Source of the DNA: Balanoglossus misakiensis
Lineage: Eukaryota > Animalia > Hemichordata
Length of the DNA stretch: 64,000 nucleotides
Assembly (NCBI GenBank): GCA_040954595.2
Contig: CM082583.2
Coordinates: 6,880,849-6,944,848, forward strand
Reading direction: 5' to 3'
Shown here: positions 44,101 to 56,100 of the stretch, in pieces
Layout of the letters: every line of letters begins with the position of its first letter
Position numbering within the stretch: the stretch's first letter is position 1
Translations under genes and position numbers: made by a program
The notes under the pieces: model-generated
The model's database searches: none
What the model was told of the DNA's origin: nothing
The model's input: the letters and a program-made list of their open reading frames with translations, nothing else

Positions 44101-47100
44101 GCATTGCGGTGCGAGCATTCAGATCATGCAAGTTTCTGGCTACAGTTTGTGTGATATCTGGAAATAGAGATTGTCCAGACTTTGGGGAATTGTCTAGAGA
44201 TTACTACTGATGCGATATTGGATAATTATCGCGTGGTGGAAGACTGCCCTCCCAGGTAACATGGATTAACTGGGATTAAACATAATGCGATAACGGAATT
44301 ACAGTTTGCGAAGGATTGTGACTAGTCATGTTAAGTAGATAGTTGTCTGTCTGTCTGTATATAACAGGGAACGTCGACCTAGATCATTAAGAATTGACAA
44401 GATGTAATTAATGGCATGAATTACACACATCTGAAGCTTGCGATCGTGGCGATAATACATACCGGCAGAATTGTCAGGCCACTCTGATAATGAGAATTAC
44501 CAAAATTTATCATTTTAATTGAAATGTTACCCATCAAGTGTTGACAAGTTGGTTGCGTGAGTGATGCGGCGATATTTATCAGCTTCCCAATCTTAGCAAA
44601 CTTTCATTTTGTTGGCTGCGTATTCATATCATCTCCAGTGCTGCTATTATTGAGAAAGTATTCCCATCAGACTTAAATGCAAGTTCATGTTAGTATAGAC
44701 AGGTTCTGTTGTCAATTCTTATTTTAGAATTAAGCTATGTGTACACCCCTCTTTTGCAGGGCATTTCCAAAGACACATAATAATTGTTCTGACAATTTCA
44801 TAGATACATAAATTGCTGGACAGTTTTGCAAACCACTTAGAGGAGCAAAAACCTTAATGGGTCTGTCAGTAATTGCCAGGTCTATATAAAAGACATTGAC
44901 ACACTGAATACTCTTTCTGACATCATGTAGTAAATCAGTGATTTTGGGGTCACGACACTGCAGTATTGGTCTGATCATGTGACTGTCTTGTGACATGCCA
45001 TCAGCCAATCAGTGTAGCCCAGAGCTGCAAGGTGAGAGTGTACACATAATTAAAGACTAAGACTGAGCTGGTGAGTCAATCTCTGTGTAGCCAGCTAGGT
45101 CACATACTAGTAAAATTAAAAACAGATATCAAGCAAGGCTCCATTGTATCGCCATTACTCTGTGAGCAAGATAATTAACTTATATCTGTGACTAAATTCG
45201 ATCAGGTTAAGTTGAATTACCTCAGATATCAGTGTCAATCAAGGTAAAATAACAAGCATGAAAATCACATTTGGAATTTATGCAATTAGAGGCTTTCTAT
45301 TCAAGGTGACGGGGTCAAGAAATACCCTTCCCTTGTTTTCTATGAGATTCTCACAAGAGCAAGCGACATGCTTGTCTTGACGATAAAAATGATTGGTTCT
45401 GGCATTTTTACATGTGGGCCACACGTGAACACAGTAATTGCACCTTCCCAGTCCTTTAAAGCTGGAGATGTCAGTTTTCACTTCCTTGTCAAAAACGACG
45501 AATTTGACATCTCGGCAGTCACATGACAGACGAATCTGTCATCTAAACCGGCCAGCTCCTGAGTGAAACAGCTCAGCTTAATGGCCTGAAAATAAATCCT
45601 ACCCTGGCCACACTGAATACTTTACAAAATCATTTCCTGTCTTCTGACAAGTGATTTTTTCCGCCGGATTCGAGATGTTTCCTCTGAACTTGTCAGCAAT
45701 CTGAGACATGAATCATATAAAAAGAAGACATTATGTGTTGTGTCATTGTCCTTTTCGGATAAAAACCTCTCAGCTGCAGTGATATCTCACGACTTTTGAT
45801 GCCATGTCAAGTATTGATGTCTTTATTCTCACTGTATTTCTCGCATATGTGTATCTTACAGGTCTGTGAATGGTATGTATCGCATTGGACTCTTTGCTCT
45901 CAAAGACATTTCACCTGGTGAAGAAATTACCTATGATTATAATTTCCATGCCTTCAACCTAGAAACACAGGTAAGCAAACAAAGCACTCAAGTATTACGT
46001 TTCTAATGCTCATTTGCCAAAGTTTGATCTGAAATGAACCAATTGTTTCCTCAACTATGAGCTTGTGTTTTGTCTGTTCTCTGCCAAACTCATCATTGAT
46101 CATTTGCCTGACTTGATTGATTTATCCATGTGCCAAAGTTTGATGAGCCTTGTGCCGTATCCACAAATCTGCATACATGTATGCGACATAGCAATGTGGG
46201 TCGTTATCTGGATGATAGCATCAGTCCTTGAATGATGATGCCTTGATTGCTGACGTTTGCAGCATCATCAACTGTCCCGGTATCGCATTGAATTGATTGG
46301 CTGAGGGTCGTTTCTGTAAGAATGATATATTCTCAGGGGAATAAGATTTCAGCTCAAGACAAAGATGATATGCACTACAGGTGGAGTGATTCGTGTTTTC
46401 AGTTTTACGTTCAATATTTGAAGTGTGGTGTATTTCCAGTTGCATAAAAACATTTTGTACGATAACCCTTAACCCTTTCACCCCCAGTTCCCTATTTAGA
46501 GGTCCAACTTTACCATAGAAAACAATGGCTTTGGACTGAACTATGACGGTGAAAGGGTTAAAATTGACCACAGAGCCCTGGTTGCAGTGACCCACGCAGA
46601 GTTCATTGTTTCCTCTTGATTTTTGCAATCACAGGAGTAGAAGTGTATTTTCCAGGCAAGCGTGTGTACTTCCAGTCGGAGCCCATTAGTGATTTAAATG
46701 GAGCTTACCCGTGTTTTGAAATCACGGCAACCAATTTCCTGTGAAGTGTAAAAAGTAATGCGCGAGCGTGCAGCTACATTACACCAGCCATTTGAATACA
46801 GGAAACGCCGTGATTGAGCTCTGCCAGACGACCCCCTCTCAGCCAATCACATTTGTACCTATGATTGCGAAAACGCTCTCGTGTCATTACGGAAAACTAA
46901 CGCTCAGGTTGTGTGAAGTGCGTGACAATTGTACCCCCAGTTGGCGCTGACAAGAAAGGGAATGTTTTCTGATAACGCTTTACGAGCGAGGTACCTGGAT
47001 TATGTCCTTTGTGGTAAATTTGGCGCCGTCTTTCTGAATGTGTTTACAGCAATCCTACATCTCCTGTGAATACATTAGCTGAAATTATTCCAACAAGGCA

Positions 47101-50100
47101 ATGTCTGTCTCCCTAATGACACTCAGTCATATTTTTTGTATTAAAACACAATAAGAGTATGAATGTTCCAGATGCATAATCTCAAAAGAACTGAAAGCAA
47201 ACTCTGCTTATGATTTTCACGCGTATCCCATACATCAGAATTTCATCTAGTGTCATTCTGTGCTCTGAACTTCGATAAATACCGAGGAAGTTGAAAGCAC
47301 CCAAGGGACATATTAATAGGAATAATTTTCCTCCTGCTACTGGCCATATATTAAAATTCATGAAGATTTGTCCATAAATCGTACTTATAGCGATAGCGTC
47401 AGTGGCAAACAGTATCGCTGCATCTGATGAACTGGCAAATTGACATTCAGACAGTATTTGGCTTACTGTCACACACTAAATGAGCAATCCAGAATCTTAG
47501 CTAATTCAAGTCTCATATGAAAACAATAAACATGATGTTTGTCAAGCCTATTCTATGCCAAATGCTTATCACTTGTTTATGGTTTGTATTTATCTCGTCT
47601 CATCTTGCAGCAAGAGTGTTGGTGCGGGAGTGAAAAATGCCGAGGTTTCATCGGTGGCAAATCCCAGAAGTTGAACGGCGCATTCAAGAAAGATAAGAAG
47701 AGGGTGGGAAGGCCTCCCAAAGATCAAGACAAACGCAAATCCAAGGAAGGAATTAAGAAAAGGGTAATTACACTTGAGTCTTTCTTATTGCCATCATTTA
47801 GTTTGCAATACTGTGTTTTGCATCTCCATGACAACATGTGCCTCTGATGAAATTTATTCAATGTAAATAACACTTGATATGAGAAGTTCTGTCATGTTTA
47901 AAGTTGTGTCACAGTGGAAGATGACTATTTTTAAAAACACTGACACTCATTTAGATATTATGCTGAAATATATCCACCATGCCCCTGTTAGTTGACAATA
48001 TGTGCATGTGTCTTTGCAATCATCAGGAGAGTAATCGCGAAGACAGTCCGTTAAAACCCCAACACATTCACCTGCCCAAGCCGCTGTCGGTGCGGGAAAT
48101 GAACATGGCCGCCGACAACCACATCTTCCTGCTGAGAAACATCGAGAAAGTCAAACGGATGAAGGAGAGACTGCTGAAGGCGAAGAACAACAACGGTCTC
48201 AACGGATTGGTCCAGAGAAGTGGACAAGGTAATACAAAAAGTAGGCACATTTTATTTTTTTATCTCAGTGAATTCATTTGATTTATTTTATCAGGTGTCT
48301 TTAAGTAGCGTTCCTTTTTTGCCTTCGCCCAAACGACATCTCACTATTGACACAAATCATTGCTGTAATTACCGCATACATATGCATGGTGTACATAAGC
48401 TCTCCAGGGTTGTATATTTCATGTGTCCATGACAGTGTGAGTCACATTAAACTGTAAATAATCTGCTGATTGGGTGACAGCCACGTTTCTTGACATACAC
48501 ATGTACCACCCCCTTTGCCCCAAGTACGGTACTAACGGCATACATGCTAAGTGTACGTGACAGCCCTAGTACAATGTATTACTCCACGCTTTAGTCCAGT
48601 TCCATAAACTACATGTAGACCACTGGACGTAGTTCTACAAAGAAGGCTGCTGATTTTAATTGAAAAGAGATTGTGCTTTAGTTTCTGGTTTTTACCCTAT
48701 TTTTGCTTAGAATAGTAGGAATTCATCTAGTGGGTGTTGACATTTATGGCTACTACATGTTTTCTGCTGTACAGATTCTGAGAGCCTTAAATCATTAAAA
48801 TACATTTCAATGATTTGTCATAAAATGTCTTCCATCAGTATTAAGATCTGTAACCTTTAAAAAAGCATAAATCACACAAAGTGTTTTTTCCGTGGCACAT
48901 GATCTTTATCTTGTTGTATCAGTTTTATTACGATACTTGTCTACTTTCACATTTCCATACTTGTGTATGGAATATGAAATTGAATGTAGTGATAATATAT
49001 GGGGTGATAGGGCAATCACAGCTGCTGTGTGTGCAATGAAAATGTCATGCATGAATATTCTCAGTGAAAACCACACATCATGGAAAAGTTATAGTAGCGA
49101 TATATCACAAGCAAATTGCAAATTTTCTCTCTCTTTCTTGTCTCTACTTGCACATTTCATGGTAGCTAAATTTCAATAAAGATGACAGTGCACCTTTAAT
49201 GTTTTATCTCCACGGTGCCTATTTTGTTTGACAGACGTTTTCATGGCTCAGTTCACCGCTCTGAAGACGTCTCGTTCGGTGAAGACGAGACGTCTGGCTG
49301 CCGCGGAAGAGAACATTGAAGTGACCAAGATCGCCAAGCTGGCTCAGATTTTCAAGGAGATCTTCAGCATTGTCTGTGAAGTCAAAGACCAAGATGGCCG
49401 CCTCATTGCCACTCCGCTCATGAATCTTCCCTCCAAGAAAAGGTGAGGTTAGATGCCTTTAGCATCTGCCGAATTTTGTTATCTTTGGTCATCTAGGAAA
49501 AATACAAATCAGTTATAAATAAATAATCCTGGAAAGTTGTGGAATGACTTTGTGTGTATGGACACTGCAGGAATCAAAATAATTAAATGAAATAGAAAAT
49601 GACGTAGGTACATAAAACAATTTAAGACTATTAAACAATTGACAATTACAAAACTCTATATAGTTTAAAATTTGATGAATAAAATATTGCATATTGAAAT
49701 GTTCATCACATTTATCTTGTACATTACAGCCTCCACTGTGGTCGCTGGGTTTGAACCACATGAATATAATTGCTAAAACCATCATTGCATGTGTCACAGC
49801 CATTGTCATAACTTTGATCTCTCAGCCATGAGCCCATCAATACACTTTGCCACCATTTGTCGCTCATGGCGATGTCTCTCAGCAGGAATCAAGATTACTA
49901 CGAGAAGATCCCCGACCCGATCGACCTGAACACCGTGGAACAGAGCATCATGACGGGACAGTACAAAACAGTGGAAGCCTTTGAAGAGGATGTCATGAGG
50001 GTGTTCAGAAACGCTGAGGTAATCACGCTGAGGTTTTTGCTGATTTTGTCACAGAGATCGACATTATTCACGAACGTTTGAGACGCTCCAATAAAATGGG

Positions 50101-53100
50101 AATTTGTTATCAGAGCATAGAAAAACTGACATTCAGTGTAAATACCTCATTCTGTTCTCGACTTTCAGAAATACAACGGCAAGAAGTCGGATATGGGTAA
50201 AGATGTGACTAAACTGAGAAAAAGTTACCAGACTGCCAAATCTGATGCTTTGTACCAGTTAGAAGAAATTCTAGGCGAGGGGTCGATAGATGGAGACTCT
50301 ACTACTGGTGAGTAATCCATGCGCTGTATATCTTGGATTTTGTCCACAAAAGTTTTTCATCCAAGATGCTATAGTGAGAGGGGATTTGTGTTCTTTTGCC
50401 CACGGTGTTTTTGGAGATTAGGAATTACTTTTTAGGGACTTTGTAATGATACAAAAACCTGTTCCACTGTGCTGACTGTAAAGCCTCCTTCAGTATTTCA
50501 AGAGTGAGATTGCCAACTTGAGGAATCCTGCAGCCTTGCAGCTTGAAGTCTTAGTAATCCAGCATCACATATTGAAAATGAATTATATGATTGTAGTCAA
50601 ACACGATGAATTCGGCCCATGGAGTGAAACCATGCAATGACTGGAAGTATGTTAACATGCATCTGATGTTAGTTCATACGCATTATTCGGTTGACTTGTG
50701 ATATTGTACCGTTCTTTAATCTGATTGGTTATCCTGATGTCACATGACTAGACTGCCGAGAGAAACAGGAAGAGGAGGAAGAAGAGGAGGAGGTGATACG
50801 ATGTTTATGTGGTCTCTATAACGACGAAGGATTGATGATACAATGCGACAAGTGCTTGGTAAGTTCTCAGAAATTGAAAACATGCTATTGTACAAAGCAA
50901 CGCAATTACTGATAGTGAATGTTACAAGGAATGAAAGTGTCAAGTAATGCTTTCTCGGTCTGAAATCGGAGTACCGCCAACTGGTGTTAAATATGCAATA
51001 ATAATAATTCGTCATTCGAGGTGATATGATACATGACGTCAATTTGTATTTGTATGACATTTCTAATGGTTTCTCTGCCCACGTAGGTATGGCAACACTG
51101 TGATTGTGTGGGCGTGTCAGGGAGTGTGGAACATTACCTTTGCGAGCTGTGCGATCCGAGACCAGTGCCTCAGGTAAGAAACGTGATGGTTCTCTCAGAG
51201 CTTTAGCAGTTACAGCTGATGAATGACAAAATGTGTATTGCTGCAATATACTGCTAAGATACAACATCACTTACCCATCCATATACAAACAGAAATCCCA
51301 GTACAACATGAGTTGATTTTCATGGTGGACTTTCTCAATATGTCAAAATAATTGAAAGTTTGAGCCTTTTAGTACTGTTACTTCTTGAAAAAAATGGGAA
51401 AAAATAACAACAGTAGGGTCACGTGAAGGTTCTACCTGGTGATAGATAATGTGGTATTTGAGATGATCAACAGGTTATTTGATGTGCTGATGACAATGTT
51501 GAACTTCACTGCGTATTTCAGGAAATCTGTATGGTTCCCCAACCGCACTACGCCACCCCTGGCTGTATCTATTACCTGTGCCTTATGAGAGATGACCTCA
51601 AGGTCAAGCAAGGTAAACCCACAAAAAATTAATTTCAATCTTCTAATGGACCAGCTATATTGTAACTGGGCTACACATGCAGATGTTAGGACCATCTGCA
51701 GATCTAGTCTTTCGCATATGATCCAGAATTATACACTGCCCCTACCTTCCCAGTATATACAGAGTCTAGTGACACGCAGAGTCAGTTTAGTGACATGCGA
51801 TGAACTCAGAAGCTGATAACCTGATATAAACCCTGCTGAGAAAGGTGATGTAACTGGCGTCTCCTTGAAGTCTGTCTCGAAGTGTTTTTCTATTAATCGG
51901 ACATAAGGTGATTTTAGTCAAGGAGAGGTAGTGTGCTCTTACTGCGTAATTAACCCTGGCTGAATAGAAGCTTACATGTAATCAACAGAGGATCAGATTC
52001 TGTGATTGAATTCAAGGGGATGCCCGTTACATCATCTTTCTTAGCAGGGTTATCTGGCCATTATCTTAAACATGCTGTCCTAGACTTGTTTTTTGACAGT
52101 CAAGAAAACACTGGATAGATTCTAGGTTTAGCGATAACTTGTTTTTGACGATGTAAAAGTACTTGTGTCGATGTTACTGATTGGCGCTCTTTCTAACTAG
52201 ATTTGTCGATGTACTGGGAAATATTGTCCTTCTTTTTCCATGATAATTCAGTGTCAATTTCCTTACAACATGTTGAAACATCCCATTGATTTGGGGGGGG
52301 GGGGGGGGAAATCTGCAAATAATTTATAGAAGCGAAGTCATGAAATTCGAGATTTTCCAAATTACTGATCACTATCCCTGATATTCAAAATATCAACGTC
52401 AGCAATGGTTTCATCTTACCAGATAATGATCCAATTTTATTGAAAACAACAGGAAATAAACGTTCTGCTTTTTATCTCTGTGACCTTTTTTTTGGGCGTT
52501 TCAGGAGATTGTGTTTATCTGATCCACGACAATTCCCAGCGGCGTAATCCGGATGGCACGCCAATGCGGGCGTCAGCCAGGATATCATCCAATATCAGCC
52601 GGGATAAGCTGGATGTCTTCAGAGTGGAAAAACTGTGGAAAAATGAAAAGTAAGTTTCCCACGCTCACAATAATCTTATAGATTATCGCACTGCTGTGAA
52701 AATGCTTCCTTCTCCCCCGTTTATACTTTATTCATGGTTTACTTTAAGGCATGTAATATTTTATTTTTTCCTTGAATTATGAACATTCATGACGCGGTCT
52801 TGCTACAGTTTCCGTGGCAACTTAATTGGCCTCAGACGATTTGCTTTGAATTCTCATCACATTCCACCTGTGTTGTATTCGGAAGTAATTTCAGATGTCC
52901 CAGTAACTTGGGGCAGCGAAACTGCAAATACATTCCTATAAACTGAAAGGACTGCTGTATTATTTTTTTAATTAAAAAAACATCCCCTGATGACTGTCTA
53001 GGTGTCGAGTAAAAATCTGGATTCAAATAAATGGCAGTGGTGGATGTATAATGTTTCAATTTTATTTACGACCGACTTTAGTGTTTTTGCATTATCTTTG

Positions 53101-56100
53101 ACTGTTTTGTCAATCTTCAAAAGTACACGCACACCCATCTAAAAGTGAAATCGTCAACCTTGTCGCGTTCTATGAAATGACCTGCATGGGCAGAGCTTTA
53201 ATTGAGTTAACCCTGCTAATCCAATTGAACACAGCTTTCAAGTGTAGATGCAGTGAGCGTCTAGACTTTTTGAATGCACCGTTACTTTGTTTGACTTGCG
53301 CTGATGAACGTAATCAAAAGTGTATTAGGCTCATGACTGGCGCCATGTGCTGTTGACTGTGGAATAAAAGAGAATCTCCAGAGACTGACACAGACTGCTC
53401 TATATATAATACACTCGTACAATTTTGAGTGACACCTAGTGACCCCTGACGACAGAGTTCAAATCCTACTATTTCTGATTGTTTTCATAATTTGGATATT
53501 ACTGTTTCTCCTGGCCAGCTTTGTCTGCAGTAATTTTGTAAGCCCATATATGATTGGTTGATAATACCAAACACTCATTTTGACAACCAATCGAATCAAA
53601 TCAGACCTATGTGATGTGATATTCCTCAAGAACTGTAATCTGTAATGAATAGTCAATTTTGACACAAACAACCAAGACAGACTTACTTTTTTGCTCACCA
53701 GTTAGACACGATATAAATAAAGTGATTTCTTCTTTCATTTTGCAGAGGAGATCGATTTGCTTTTGGTCATCACTACTTCCGACCACATGAGACACATCAC
53801 ACACCGTCCAGAAAGTTCTACCATAATGAGGTGAGACCACATTTTACCAGATCAACTCACCAAATTTCATTACAGAGCACTCTAGAGTTGTTTGGTTGCT
53901 CCAGGTCACAAACACCCAGATTAAAATTTGTGAATAAAACACACATACACAAAAATAAATCATATTTTTGCTATGTTTACTTGCAAATAAGTGTTGTATG
54001 TTCTATCTAATTTTAAAATCCATATTTTGTTCTGGTTGTATCCAGCTGTTCCGTGTGCCCTTGTACGAGATCATCCCCTTGGAAGCTGTTGTTGGTTTGT
54101 GCTGTGTAATGGATCTGTACACCTACTGCAAAGGTAATGCCCCGATTCACATGAAATGAAAAGTTTAATCGGGTTATAATTCCCTAAAAGACAATATCGA
54201 TGTCAAAATATATATTACTTGCAGAGAGTTCACAGGGTGTGTATTAAGGGAGAAACAGCAAAAAATGTGATTTTCCGTAAAGCAGGAAAAATGTAGAGAG
54301 AGATGAGAGTACTGTACCTTGGGTCAGAGGACCTAAGTTAGTGAGAATAAATCTAATCTCTCTCTTACTGTATTTGGGTTCAGTGATGTATGGTTTATGC
54401 TTCTCAAAAGATTTTCTTTTATTGTGTAAGACATGATTGAAGCAATTTCGTACATCAGATAGTAATTTAAATTACCCCCCGAAATCCAAATACTATAAAT
54501 GGAATCGTAAAAATCATGGATGATAATTTCAGGCATAAACACAGAGAAATCCGCATGAGATGATACTGCTCATGAAATTTCGTGGAAAGGTTACGAGATG
54601 AGCAGCAGGGTTGTGAATGATCATCCTCTTTCAATGATAGTGATAAAAAGCCAGGTACGGTGGCCCCTAAGTGCCGTGAACCACCCCAGCTATCTATCAC
54701 CACTTGACTGCCAGTGTGAAAATGAATGACTCGGTTCCGGGTAACCTAATAAGCTGGTTTGAATGGCTCCCTGACGGCAGAAGGCAATTGACAGCGGGGC
54801 AAGCTCATTTGGCATGGATGGTGTGTGTTAGGTCGCGTATCTGGCGAGTCAGATTTACTGAATTGAAATGTTATTTCGAAGGTCAATTAGCAGAAACGGT
54901 TGTAAATGAGCGCTGGCTGCCAACGCGATAAACATCTCGGCTCACTCCGGCTACATTTAACCACTTGACCTTTTGGCGAGTAGATTTCCCGGGCAAGTTT
55001 TTCCCAGAACCGACTTTGATGGATGGTGATCGGAGTTGTTCACTCAAGCCCGGCACGTATCCCCGTGATCACCGAAAAACAGCGCCTGCCTTAAAATCGA
55101 TCTGATATTCACATCAGTGTCGCTGTCAAGCGAATAGAATAGTAATACCTGAGACGATAGCGGATAAAGCACGCAGATAAGCATTTGACACCAACTTCTA
55201 AACATCCCAGCATCTTCATTGATATTCATGACATCAGGTGACTTTATCTGGGTCAGATGATGTCTAGGTGTTTAACATTCCGCAATGTGAAGCGCCACTA
55301 AAAGAAAACCGATATTCTGATACATCTCAGATAAAGTCGTTACCGAATTTGTTTTGACCATTTGTGTGTTTGTTACTATCATTTGCTGTTAGTGGCTTTT
55401 AAAGTAAGACTCGTTAATGAAATTTATGGCCGGGCTTCGTTTCTGCCGCATGTGCTCTGGAAGTTAAAGATCTTAAATCGACGGAGGTGTTTTATTGCAG
55501 TGTCACATGAACTAGAAAAATTCAGAAACAAATGGTTGCAATTGTTCGAGAGGTTAAGGGGACAGATTTTCCATCTCCTGACATTATTTTGTGCTCTTTT
55601 TCAATTATGAAAAGTTTGTTATTATTCATGTTGTGATTAGTGAAACATTGTTCAAAGATAATTTGGCACCACTGTACCCTTTATTTTAGCATAGATAAAA
55701 ATGCATTGAAAACACAAATACTGTACGTTTCAACATGGAATTAAGCCTTGCATAGAATCCTCCTCAACCAGTGGGATTGACTGGCATGATGTTAATCTGT
55801 TTTTGAAATTTGTTATTTTTTACATTTTGCAGGCAGACCTATTGGATACAAGGAACAAGACACATACATCTGTGAATATCGTCTAGATAAAACTGCTCAC
55901 CTCTTCTATCCAATTGGCAAGACTCGTTATCCAGTTTGTACCAAATCATATGCCTTTCAGAAGTTTGAGAAGAAAATCTGGCCTAAGAAAACTTACTCAG
56001 TGAGTGGATGTGAAATACCCATTTACTATCATACTTTAGTAGAGTCCCATAGTTTTTGCTGTGATTGGTTGCATCAACATACTTGAAAACAGAGTAGAGT

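Noticed and set aside
50740-51270. 176-aa minus-strand ORF
   Set aside because: Antisense to the two PHD exons and their intron; no independent coding signal.
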